Assembly: GCA_964607655.1 (NCBI GenBank)
Contig: CAZSKX010000001.1
Span: forward strand, 147,434 to 211,433
Length of the DNA: 64,000 nucleotides
Direction of reading: 5' to 3'
Origin: an uncultured Candidatus Saccharibacteria bacterium
GTDB lineage: Bacteria > Patescibacteriota > Minisyncoccia > Phycocordibacterales > Phycocordibacteraceae
Under the pieces are notes generated by a model. That model was not told where the DNA came from. It searched no databases and saw nothing but the letters and a program-made list of their open reading frames with translations. Shown here piece after piece: positions 38,711 through 46,315 of this stretch. Position 1 is the stretch's first letter. The number at the start of each line of letters is the position of its first letter. The translations under genes were made by a program, and so were the position numbers.

Positions 38711-39142
38711 TTATTTAGTGACCGTGTCCACCTTCTCGGCGAAGCTCTCAGCGTCGCGTTCGATCGCGGCCGTGTAGTTCTTCCAGGCCTTCTCTTCCCA
38801 GATCTCGACCCGATCGGCCACACCGGCGACTACCGCCTTCTCCTTGACGCCAGCATAGGCCTTCAGGTGGTCAGGGATGAGGATGCGGCCTGAGCCGTCG
38901 ACTTCGACTTCACTACTGCCCGCTAGGAAGAGGCGTGCGAGACCGCGACGTGCAGCCGAGCCATTCACTTCACTCGCATAGCTCTTGGCCTCGCGCTCCC
39001 AGGCCTTCCTCGAGAACACGTACAGACAATGATCAAGGCCGCGGGTCACCACGACCACGCGGCCAAGATCTTTGCGAAATTTCGAAGGAATCGAAACTCG
39101 ATTTTTTGTGTCAAAAGTGTGTAGGTATTCTCCGAGGAACAT
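38711..39142 (-). CDS. mraZ: transcriptional regulator MraZ
   Basis: MFLGEYLHTFDTKNRVSIPSKFR and duplicated SpoVT/AbrB-like halves. Confidence 0.85.
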   Translation of the reverse strand: MFLGEYLHTFDTKNRVSIPSKFRKDLGRVVVVTRGLDHCLYVFSRKAWEREAKSYASEVNGSAARRGLARLFLAGSSEVEVDGSGRILIPDHLKAYAGVKEKAVVAGVADRVEIWEEKAWKNYTAAIERDAESFAEKVDTVTK

Positions 39143-39182
39143 TGTGGTGCGGCGCTCGAGGGGTCGGGGCCATGGCTCCCCT

Positions 39183-39229
39183 TCCCACTCTGTATGCCTT
39201 ACATAGGATTATATCCCACTTCCCCCCAC
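39183..39229 (-). promoter_or_regulatory. mraZ promoter: TATAAT -10 box plus GTGGG direct repeats (candidate MraZ operator)
   Basis: On the minus strand: GTGGG-GGGAA-GTGGG immediately upstream of TATAAT (39208-39213), and a third GTGGG downstream at 39183-39187. Confidence 0.5.
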
Positions 39230-39253
39230 AAGATTGCATGAAGTTATTAACAC

Positions 39254-39282
39254 TTGACTCGGTAAGATTATTGTTTTAATCT
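39254..39282 (+). promoter_or_regulatory. sigma70-like promoter TTGACT-17-TAATCT
   Basis: Divergent from the mraZ promoter; drives the 39316/39513 gene pair. Confidence 0.5.
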
Positions 39283-39315
39283 ACAAACAGAACAAAAAAG
39301 TGAGGTGCGTAACCG

Positions 39316-39513
39316 ATGAAGGTTCATTTTGCTGTCGCCATCAATGACTTTTCAGCGTTTCAAGCTGGGGATGAGGTGCCGATTCTCGAACCGTCCAACG
39401 ACACTGTCGTGGGCGCTGAGAAGGTTCGTATCACTGCGGAGATTGACGAGGTCAAGACCTTCGTCAGCGAAGACGAAGTCCGTATGGTCCGACGAGTTAA
39501 GGAGAGGTTCTAA
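39316..39513 (+). CDS. small hypothetical protein (65 aa)
   Basis: GAGGTG Shine-Dalgarno sequence; stop overlaps the next start (TAATGG). Confidence 0.4.
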   Translation: MKVHFAVAINDFSAFQAGDEVPILEPSNDTVVGAEKVRITAEIDEVKTFVSEDEVRMVRRVKERF

Positions 39514-39770
39514 TGGAAGTCGACATGAGACATCCCGTAGCCGATCGGTCAGCGGCGGCCATCGAAGCTGTCAAACAACACTTCAACCATCCGGGGATCG
39601 CCTACGAGTGGATTTCTCTCGGCGCGAAGTCGGTCGATGCCACGGAGTTCTTGATCGGAGGGTGGCTCTCGCGAGGTGAGATCGAATGCTATCCGGTCTG
39701 CCTCGTCGCCGACGGCACGATCGTGGACGTCGAATTTTTTGGGATGTACTGCCCCTTCGGCGTTCTCTGA
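39513..39770 (+). CDS. small hypothetical Cys-containing protein (85 aa)
   Basis: Translationally coupled to the upstream ORF; C-terminal CYPVC...CPFG. Confidence 0.4.
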   Translation: MEVDMRHPVADRSAAAIEAVKQHFNHPGIAYEWISLGAKSVDATEFLIGGWLSRGEIECYPVCLVADGTIVDVEFFGMYCPFGVL

Positions 39771-39778
39771 ACGAATAC

Positions 39779-39850
39779 CGGCGCGGACTTGGAAACAAGT
39801 CCGCGCCGTTTCTTTTTATGCTTGACGTGAGTAGATTACCAGTTTATTAC
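39779..39850 (+). repeat. terminator-promoter cassette, copy 1 (hairpin + T-run + TTGACG-17-TATTAC)
   Basis: CGGCGCGGACTTGGAAACAAGTCCGCGCCGTTTCTTTTTAT is identical to 40953-40993. Confidence 0.75.
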
Positions 39851-39892
39851 TAAAGGAGTCCATAACATTCTGTTCTTAGAAGGAGAACGTAC

Positions 39893-40141
39893 ATGGGATA
39901 CCCAATTTTGGAGCGTCAGCTCGGCATTCTGAGGGAGTTTCTCGATCAGCTCGAGATCCCCTACAACATCTGCTGCTCGTGGTCTCCGGGTTGTACGCTC
40001 AGTCCGATTTACTGGCTTGTGCGGACGACGCACGGCACGGGGGAATTCAAAGTGGAGTCCCTTGTGGACTACGAAGTGAAGGAATCCCGGGAAGAGACTC
40101 GGGTGGTCGTTGTCGGAATTCGTTCTGCAGATTGCCACTAG
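39893..40141 (+). CDS. small hypothetical Cys-rich protein (82 aa)
   Basis: AGGAGA Shine-Dalgarno sequence; contains CCSWSPGC and a C-terminal CH. Confidence 0.4.
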   Translation: MGYPILERQLGILREFLDQLEIPYNICCSWSPGCTLSPIYWLVRTTHGTGEFKVESLVDYEVKESREETRVVVVGIRSADCH

Positions 40142-40162
40142 GAGATGATCTAGAAGCCCACA

Positions 40163-40231
40163 GGGAAGCCCGCAAGCTTCTCGTGGGCTTCCCTTTTATA
40201 TATTGACAATTAGACATATATATGCTATTTT
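40163..40231 (+). promoter_or_regulatory. terminator hairpin followed by a consensus promoter TTGACA-17-TATTTT
   Basis: GGGAAGCCCGC-aagcttctc-GTGGGCTTCCC plus TTTTATATA, then TTGACA at 40203. Confidence 0.6.
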
Positions 40232-40283
40232 ATTTAGGTACCCAGCAATGGGAAGTCGCTATGTACCAAGGAGGTGTTTGAAG

Positions 40284-40463
40284 ATGTTCTCACTGATCAT
40301 CGGAGCCGCATGCGCGGGAGGCTGTGTTTACACACTTTCGGACAGTCGCATGGCAGGAGCCCTGGCGGCTGGCGGAGTGTATTTCACCGTCTCAGCGATC
40401 GAAACTATCATGGCGGGCCTACTTACCCAGGTGGTACAGCGCATCGCGAAACTGAAGCAGTAA
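40284..40463 (+). CDS. small membrane protein (60 aa, two TM segments)
   Basis: AAGGAGG Shine-Dalgarno sequence 7 nt upstream; hydrophobic Gly/Ala-rich helices. Confidence 0.45.
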   Translation: MFSLIIGAACAGGCVYTLSDSRMAGALAAGGVYFTVSAIETIMAGLLTQVVQRIAKLKQ

Positions 40464-40501
40464 GCAACAGGAAGGCACGGTTGTTCCAAGGAGGAAACAT
40501 C

Positions 40502-40918
40502 ATGGCATCTTCGTCTCCGTCCCAAAACGTTACGACAGCGGCGGCTCTCGGGACTCTGATCATGTACCTCATGGTCTTGGTCATGTTTCTGAAGCACGTA
40601 CTCGTACCGCTCTCGCCACTCGTTACGATCGCGTTCGTCGCCCTCGGTACGATCTGGGCTTGCAACTACGGCCAGGCGACGCGCCTGCTCTCGCTCGGCG
40701 GCCTTGGGCTCTACGTGCTGTCGTGGTACGTGGCTCCGACGAACGTCTCGATCACGGACTGGGAGAAGATCCCAAGCGCGTTCGTTCTCCTGCTTGCCTG
40801 TGCGAGCTGGACGTATGCGGCGTTCAGGTCGGGATTCTTCGATCTCTTCCTGTACGCGCTCGTTGCGCTCAAGGGCGGTCTCGAGACTTCCACAGCAGAG
40901 CGTACCTCTGGCGTATAA
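40502..40918 (+). CDS. integral membrane protein (139 aa, about four TM segments)
   Basis: AAGGAGG Shine-Dalgarno sequence; the in-frame longer ORF from 40274 lacks an RBS. Confidence 0.5.
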   Translation: MASSSPSQNVTTAAALGTLIMYLMVLVMFLKHVLVPLSPLVTIAFVALGTIWACNYGQATRLLSLGGLGLYVLSWYVAPTNVSITDWEKIPSAFVLLLACASWTYAAFRSGFFDLFLYALVALKGGLETSTAERTSGV

Positions 40919-40952
40919 ACTGGAGGGCAACGATCAATTTGATCGCCAACAA

Positions 40953-41023
40953 CGGCGCGGACTTGGAAACAAGTCCGCGCCGTTTCTTTTTATACTTGAC
41001 AAAGTATAAGGGTAGTATATACT
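40953..41023 (+). repeat. terminator-promoter cassette, copy 2 (hairpin + T-run + TTGACA-17-TATACT)
   Basis: Identical 41 nt to copy 1; the 15-mer TTGACAAAGTATAAG recurs at 56981-56995. Confidence 0.75.
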
Positions 41024-41027
41024 CCTC

Positions 41028-41192
41028 ATGCCGACTAACACGATGGAACGGTGCGGCTGCGACGGTACTGACCCGTCGCCTTGGAAACAGTTCCCAGACC
41101 TGGTGGGACCGAGATATGGGCGACATCTTGGTTTGGCCGGGGATCTGAGTACAAAGTGGATCGCCCCGCCGGCAGTCGTCATGAATCCATGA
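41028..41192 (+). CDS. leaderless 54-aa Cys-containing micro-ORF, or alternatively a ~180-nt sRNA
   Basis: ATG lies 4-6 nt after the -10 box with no Shine-Dalgarno sequence; the transcript ends at a strong terminator that overlaps the ORF's 3' end. Confidence 0.3.
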   Translation: MPTNTMERCGCDGTDPSPWKQFPDLVGPRYGRHLGLAGDLSTKWIAPPAVVMNP

Positions 41193-41209
41193 CTGCCGGC
41201 GTTTTTTTA
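41168..41209 (+). terminator. intrinsic terminator
   Basis: GCCGGCAGTC-gtcatgaatccat-GACTGCCGGC followed by GTTTTTTT. Confidence 0.75.
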
Positions 41210-41215
41210 TACAAA

Positions 41216-42670
41216 CTACTGTCGAGGGCGCAGCAAGGGGAAGATTTGCGCTTCACGGACGGAAACACCTTCGAGGAAGCTAAAGAGTCTCTCAGAGATC
41301 CCGAAACCGAAGGCTGGGGGCATGCCATATTCAAGCGCCTCAATGAATTCACGGTCGGCCATCTGAGCCTCGTCGTCGCCCGCGTCGCGGAGGGCCTGTT
41401 GGCGATTAAAGCGCTCGGCCTGGTCAACAGGGTCGTTCAATTCGCTGAAGCCCTTCCCAATCTCTGAGCCGGCGATCATGATCTGGAAACGCTCTACTAC
41501 ACGAGGGTCTTTTGCTGATTTCTTTGCGAGCGGTTCAAGATAGACTGGCACATTTATTAAAAATCCGGGGCCTTGGATCGTTTTACGGATTTGTTTCCAA
41601 GCGATGTCGACGAGTCGACCCGTATCGGCGCTGTCTTCATAGGCAATACCTCGATCATCGAGTACAGAAGCCCAATCAGCATCTGTGTCGCGAGGGTCAA
41701 GTCCGTATTCTTTCTGCATTAATTCACAAAAGTCGTACCGTTTCCATTCCCTGTCCAGATCAATCTCAAACCCTTTAATATTGAAAACGCGCGTGCCGTA
41801 GACTTTATCAGCAATTGTACGGTAAAGCTCAGTGAGCATCTCCATCCCTTGCTCAAAATCAGTAAACGCCTGGTAGAACTCAATCTGAGTATAGTCTTGC
41901 GCGTGTTCAGGCGACATTCCCTCGTTTCGAAAGATGCGTCCAATTTCAAATGTCTTGGGGAGCCCTGCCACCATAAGACGCTTCTGCCAGAGCTCCCCAG
42001 CCGAGATGCGGAGGTACACGTCGATATCGAGTGCGTTGTGATGCGTTTCGAAAGGCCGTGCTTCGGCTCCGCCGGTAGTGTTCTCGAGCACAGGAGTTTC
42101 GACCTCGACGAAATCGCGCTCGAGGAGGAACTGCCGCATAGTATTCCAGAACGCTGAGCGACGCTTGATGCGGTCAACCAAATCCTTAGTGAGAAGAATA
42201 TCGAGGTATCGTTTACGATAGCGTTCGTCTTCGTCTTTGATCCCGTACCACTCGTCAGGAAGAGGGCGCAGCGACTTGGCGAGCATGCGCCAGTTGGTAA
42301 GGTCGAGTGAGGGCATCCCGCGCTTGGTCGTGTAAGGCGTCCCCGCGACTTCGATAATGTCGCCCGCATCGACCGTCGCGGCGAACAAGTCGTAAGACTC
42401 GTCTCCCAGCACACTTTTCTGTACGTAACACTGCCCTTTCGTGCCGTCGAAGAGGTCGATGAACATTGCGGCGCCGTGTTCGCGGATACTCATGACCCTG
42501 CCGGCGAGCATCACTTCTTCTCGATTTTTCTCAAGTGTCGAGTAGTTTTCAAGGAATTGCTGGACCGTGTGTGTGCGGTGCGCCTTAGCCGGGTACGCCT
42601 CCATGCCCGCCCCCTTAAGGCGTTCAATTTTTGCTAATCGTTCTGCTCGAACGTCGTCGAGTAGTGCCAT
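41216..42670 (-). CDS. lysS: lysyl-tRNA synthetase (class II)
   Basis: N-terminal OB fold, FRNEGMSPEHAQDYTQIEFYQAF (motif 2) and GMPPAFGFGISERL (motif 3). Confidence 0.9.
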   Translation of the reverse strand: MALLDDVRAERLAKIERLKGAGMEAYPAKAHRTHTVQQFLENYSTLEKNREEVMLAGRVMSIREHGAAMFIDLFDGTKGQCYVQKSVLGDESYDLFAATVDAGDIIEVAGTPYTTKRGMPSLDLTNWRMLAKSLRPLPDEWYGIKDEDERYRKRYLDILLTKDLVDRIKRRSAFWNTMRQFLLERDFVEVETPVLENTTGGAEARPFETHHNALDIDVYLRISAGELWQKRLMVAGLPKTFEIGRIFRNEGMSPEHAQDYTQIEFYQAFTDFEQGMEMLTELYRTIADKVYGTRVFNIKGFEIDLDREWKRYDFCELMQKEYGLDPRDTDADWASVLDDRGIAYEDSADTGRLVDIAWKQIRKTIQGPGFLINVPVYLEPLAKKSAKDPRVVERFQIMIAGSEIGKGFSELNDPVDQAERFNRQQALRDAGDDEAQMADREFIEALEYGMPPAFGFGISERLFSFLEGVSVREAQIFPLLRPRQ

Positions 42671-42692
42671 ACGCTCTACTATACCCTACTCT

Positions 42693-43163
42693 CTACGCTA
42701 CTTTCTCGATTGTGTAAGTCTGCTTCCCTCCCGGTGTTTCGAAGGTGAAGGTGTCACCCTTCTTCTTGCCCATGAGTGCGGCGCCGAGTGGCGAGACGTG
42801 TGAGAGCTTCTTCACGCGCATATCGGCCTCTTCACTGCCGACGATGGTGTATTCGTGAACGTCAGGACTGCCTTCTTTCTTGATTGAAACTTTGGAACTA
42901 AAGCCAACCTCATCTTTCTTCTTTCCGTCAGTGATGATCTTGGTATTGCGGACCATCTCCTCGAGTCGCTTGATACGCTCTTCGGTGGCGGCTTGAAGAT
43001 CGCGTGCCTCTTGGTACTCGGCGTTTTCAGAAAGATCACCGAGCGCGCGAGCGTATTCAAGATTTTTAGCGATTTCTGTGCGACGGACGGTTTTGAGGTG
43101 TTCGAGCTCTTTTACAATCTCATCAAACTTCTCTTGCGAAACAAGGGTTGGGGCGTCGGTCAT
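42693..43163 (-). CDS. greA: transcription elongation factor GreA
   Basis: N-terminal coiled coil with EYQEARDLQA and a C-terminal FKBP-like domain. Confidence 0.9.
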   Translation of the reverse strand: MTDAPTLVSQEKFDEIVKELEHLKTVRRTEIAKNLEYARALGDLSENAEYQEARDLQAATEERIKRLEEMVRNTKIITDGKKKDEVGFSSKVSIKKEGSPDVHEYTIVGSEEADMRVKKLSHVSPLGAALMGKKKGDTFTFETPGGKQTYTIEKVA

Positions 43164-43242
43164 ATGGTCGTGTATGTTTGGTTACAGGTATTGTACGTGG
43201 TCCTAGTAGGAGCGCAAGGAGCAGAAAGAAAGTCTAGAAAAG

Positions 43243-43281
43243 AAAAGGGCCCGCGTCGTCTCAACGACGCGGGCCCTTTTG
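43243..43281 (-). terminator. intrinsic terminator
   Basis: GGGCCCGCGTCG-tctcaa-CGACGCGGGCCC flanked by A- and T-runs. Confidence 0.75.
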
Positions 43282-43286
43282 CAGTC

Positions 43287-43823
43287 CTAGAGGACTGCGG
43301 CTTCGAGTGAATCCAAAGAGTTCCCCTTCAGCGAATTGACCGCCGCCTGCAGGTAGACGCCCATAGCTCCGTAGCTTGTCCACAGGACGCTGTTCTCGAC
43401 GTCGAACCAGGCGTTCACGTGCTCGGTGCCATCGAGGATAGGCGCCTCAGCACGATAGTCCTTCGGGGGGTCCTGAATCGCGCGAAGCATCGCCCGATCG
43501 AAGTAGCTGGGTTCTTCGAGATTCAGCTTGTTGGCGGCAAGCGCTTGAAGAGTGTGCCGGTACTCCTTCCACGGGAAGCTCTGCGCTGTCACGAGGTTGA
43601 GCATGGCGGTTTTCCCGCATACGAGCACTGCGGTCTCGTGGAGGACGATCCCTACCGCGAGCATCTCTTCGAGCTTGGCACGACGCTCGCCGGTGTCAGA
43701 CTCGGCTGAGCCCCCGCCGTCCCATTCGAGCTTCCAGGTCTTGCTGTTCTTGATATGTTCGTGCTCGACAGGATACGGTCTGAGCACGCAACGTTGAATT
43801 CGCTTCGGTGTGACTAAGTCCAT
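43287..43823 (-). CDS. hypothetical protein
   Basis: 178-aa ORF downstream of the tRNA-Ala(GGC) module; no recognisable family. Confidence 0.4.
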   Translation of the reverse strand: MDLVTPKRIQRCVLRPYPVEHEHIKNSKTWKLEWDGGGSAESDTGERRAKLEEMLAVGIVLHETAVLVCGKTAMLNLVTAQSFPWKEYRHTLQALAANKLNLEEPSYFDRAMLRAIQDPPKDYRAEAPILDGTEHVNAWFDVENSVLWTSYGAMGVYLQAAVNSLKGNSLDSLEAAVL

Positions 43824-43934
43824 CTAACTTCCCCTTTTGCAAAATGTGCGAACTAAAGTGATTATAGAATATAATTTGTTCTTTATCAAGAAGCGCGTTT
43901 GTGGTCACATATAACAGGCTCGTCGTCACTCGCC

Positions 43935-44036
43935 TGTTCTTGCGATCCCGCCTCGCGGTTCGTCCTGCTGGCCGAACATCGCTGCGGCTTCCACAAAAGC
44001 GAAAAGCCTGCCGCAAGGCAGACTTTTCAGCTTTTG
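43935..44036 (-). repeat. conserved ~100-nt structured element 3' of tRNA-Ala, copy 1
   Basis: Shares CCCGCCTCGCGGTTCG..CTGCTG.CCGAACATCGCTGCG..TTCCACA.AAGC..AAAGCC...CTTTTC..CTT.TGTGGA with 50855-50955. Confidence 0.6.
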
Positions 44037-44107
44037 TGGACCTACGGGGAGTCGAACCCCGACCTCGTCCATGCCATGGACGCGTTCTACCGCTGAACTA
44101 TAGGCCC
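44037..44107 (-). tRNA. tRNA-Ala (anticodon GGC)
   Basis: Acceptor GGGCCTA/TAGGTCC with G3:U70, anticodon stem CGTCC/GGACG and loop ATGGCAT; CCA not encoded. Confidence 0.8.
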
Positions 44108-44125
44108 AATGGTCCTCACTCTATC

Positions 44126-44173
44126 AAATAAAAAAGAGCCGGCACAGGTACGAAGGTTCGTCCGTGTGCCGGC
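44126..44173 (-). terminator. minus-strand intrinsic terminator
   Basis: GCCGGCACACGG...CCTGTGCCGGC with a U-run in the minus sense, downstream of the 44188-44964 gene. Confidence 0.7.
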
Positions 44174-44187
44174 GTTGGCGGTCAGTT

Positions 44188-44964
44188 TCAGTAATGCTTG
44201 GCGTTGTACTCCTTCAAGACGAGGCGTCCGTCTCTTCCCTGTCGCGGCTCGCCAATGTACTGCGTGATGCCGCAGTTCACTGGTTTCTCCTCTTCGTCGA
44301 GACGAATGAACTCTTCGGGCGACAGGCGCTCGTAGTTCGCACGCATCGACAGAATCGTCAGGTGATGGGTGACGACGCACACGTTCAATCCGGAGAACTC
44401 CCGGATCATCATGCTCGTCACGTCACGCGTACGGTCGCGGACCATCGACGTGGACTCACCCTGAGGGTACTGGTACCAGTACGGCCCCATGAGCTTCCGC
44501 AAGAGCCTCTGCTCGGGGTGCAACGTCTGGAAGATGCGCCAGTCGCCGTAGAGTATGGCGAGACCGTGTTCCTGTTCGCGAAGGCGATCCTCGATGATCA
44601 CTTTCGCTGCGCCGGCCTGGAAACCACCTTCGAGAAGGGCGTCCCACGTCTGTCGCGTACGCAGGTAGGGTGACACCAGGACAATGTCCGGCGAAGGGAT
44701 GAGTCCTCCTCTCGAGAGAGCCTTACCCGTCGCAAGCGCCTGCTGATGCCCTTCGGGCGAGAGAGGGGTATTGTAATCGCTCACTCCGAGCTGATACTTT
44801 TCCCACATCTTCCGCGCCAGGTTTCGACAGAGTTCAGATTCGGGATCCTTGTTGTAGGCCCGCTTGAACTCCTTGTATTCCGGGTCCTGGTCCTTCTTCC
44901 CACGCAGAGCGTTGTAGATGGACTGGGCGTGACGAACGAATGAGATGCTTGATGGCCACTTCAT
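44188..44964 (-). CDS. histidine phosphatase superfamily (phosphoglycerate-mutase-like) protein
   Basis: N-terminal FVRHAQSIYN (a variant of the RHG motif) and overall length. Confidence 0.6.
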   Translation of the reverse strand: MKWPSSISFVRHAQSIYNALRGKKDQDPEYKEFKRAYNKDPESELCRNLARKMWEKYQLGVSDYNTPLSPEGHQQALATGKALSRGGLIPSPDIVLVSPYLRTRQTWDALLEGGFQAGAAKVIIEDRLREQEHGLAILYGDWRIFQTLHPEQRLLRKLMGPYWYQYPQGESTSMVRDRTRDVTSMMIREFSGLNVCVVTHHLTILSMRANYERLSPEEFIRLDEEEKPVNCGITQYIGEPRQGRDGRLVLKEYNAKHY

Positions 44965-45058
44965 GAGCCACCTCCTTACTGTTATTAAGACCGCTTAAGG
45001 TCCGATATTATTATATGTTTGAAAGACATAAATGTCAACTCATTGTGGCCCAGGGGTT

Positions 45059-46315
45059 TTAATTGGTGGAGCCTAGTTCGTGCTCGATCTCGAGGAGGCG
45101 GTTGTATTTACAGATACGTTCGCCGCGTGCGAGCGACCCGGCCTTGATGTACTTGCACGCGAGACCGACCGCAAGGTCTGCGATAAACGTGTCCGTAGTC
45201 TCTCCGGAGCGGTGCGATACGAAAGGCACCCAGCCCTGCTGCTTGGTCATCTGGATCGCTTTGATGGTCTCGCTGACCGAGCCAATCTGATTTAGCTTGA
45301 TCAAGACGGAATTGATCGATTTCTGAGCGATCGCCATCTCGATCCGCTTCGGATTAGTCACGGTGAGGTCGTCGCCGACGATTTGGAGCTGTGAGCCGAG
45401 CTTCTCCGTCATCTTCGCGAAGCCGGCCCAGTCATCCTCTGCGAGCGCGTCCTCGATCGAGATGATCGGATGTGCGGCGATGAGCGACTCATACCACGCG
45501 ATCATATCGTCGCTGGTGCGACTCCCCTGCTCTCCCGCGATCTTTACCTGATACGCGCCGTTCTCGTAGAAACTGGAGGAGGCCACGTCGAGGGCGAGCT
45601 TTACTTGGTCAGTGGTGTAACCAGCGTCTTTGATAGCCTTCTCGAGATAGTCAAAAGCCTCTTCGTTCGAAGTAAGCTTAGGAGCAAAGCCGCCCTCGTC
45701 GCCTACGCCGACTGAGTAGCCCTTCGCGCTCAAGATCTTCTTGAGCGCAGTTATGACTTCAGCACCTGCTTGGATCTTGCGGCTGAAAGAGTCGAAGCCG
45801 ATCGGTCCGAGCATAAACTCTTGAATATCGAGACCGCTGTCGGCGTGCGCACCGCCGTTGATCACGTTCAACATCGGCTCCGGGAGCGTGAAGGTGGTGT
45901 TGCCGGCGAGCGCGCCGAGGTAGCGGTAGAGCGGGATTCCCTGTTCAAGCGCGGAGGCGCGAGCAAAGGCCATCGATACGCCGAGGATCGCATTGGCCCC
46001 AAACTTCGACTTGTTTTCGGTACCGTCAGCAGCGATCATCGCTTGGTCGAGCGAAGCCTGGTCGAAGTCTTTCCCTGCGACAAGGGAGTTGATCGCGGTG
46101 TTTACATTTTCTACTGCCTTCAGTACGCCCTGGCCGTTGTGGCGAGCCTTGTCTCCATCGCGCAGCTCCAAGGCCTCGTGGACACCGGTACTCGCGCCTG
46201 AGGGAACTGAGGCAGTCGCGGTCACGCCGCTCTTCAAGGTACAGAGTACTTCGACGGTCGGTTTACCGCGTGAATCGAGGATCTCGCGTGCAGAAACAGA
46301 TTGTATGGTTGTCAT
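45059..46315 (-). CDS. eno: enolase
   Basis: [15 protein letters not shown]-terminus and full-length enolase match. Confidence 0.95.
   Translation of the reverse strand: MTTIQSVSAREILDSRGKPTVEVLCTLKSGVTATASVPSGASTGVHEALELRDGDKARHNGQGVLKAVENVNTAINSLVAGKDFDQASLDQAMIAADGTENKSKFGANAILGVSMAFARASALEQGIPLYRYLGALAGNTTFTLPEPMLNVINGGAHADSGLDIQEFMLGPIGFDSFSRKIQAGAEVITALKKILSAKGYSVGVGDEGGFAPKLTSNEEAFDYLEKAIKDAGYTTDQVKLALDVASSSFYENGAYQVKIAGEQGSRTSDDMIAWYESLIAAHPIISIEDALAEDDWAGFAKMTEKLGSQLQIVGDDLTVTNPKRIEMAIAQKSINSVLIKLNQIGSVSETIKAIQMTKQQGWVPFVSHRSGETTDTFIADLAVGLACKYIKAGSLARGERICKYNRLLEIEHELGSTN

Noticed and set aside
40328-40930. 200-aa Arg/Glu-rich ORF antisense to the two small membrane-protein genes
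   Set aside because: Classic antisense artefact opposite genes with strong RBSs; no promoter or SD on that strand.
41060-41130. Possible SRP (4.5S) RNA-like GGAA/CCAGACCTGG segment in the 41028 transcript
   Set aside because: The conserved SRP domain IV motif (AGGUCCGGAAGGAAGCAGCC-like) is not present.
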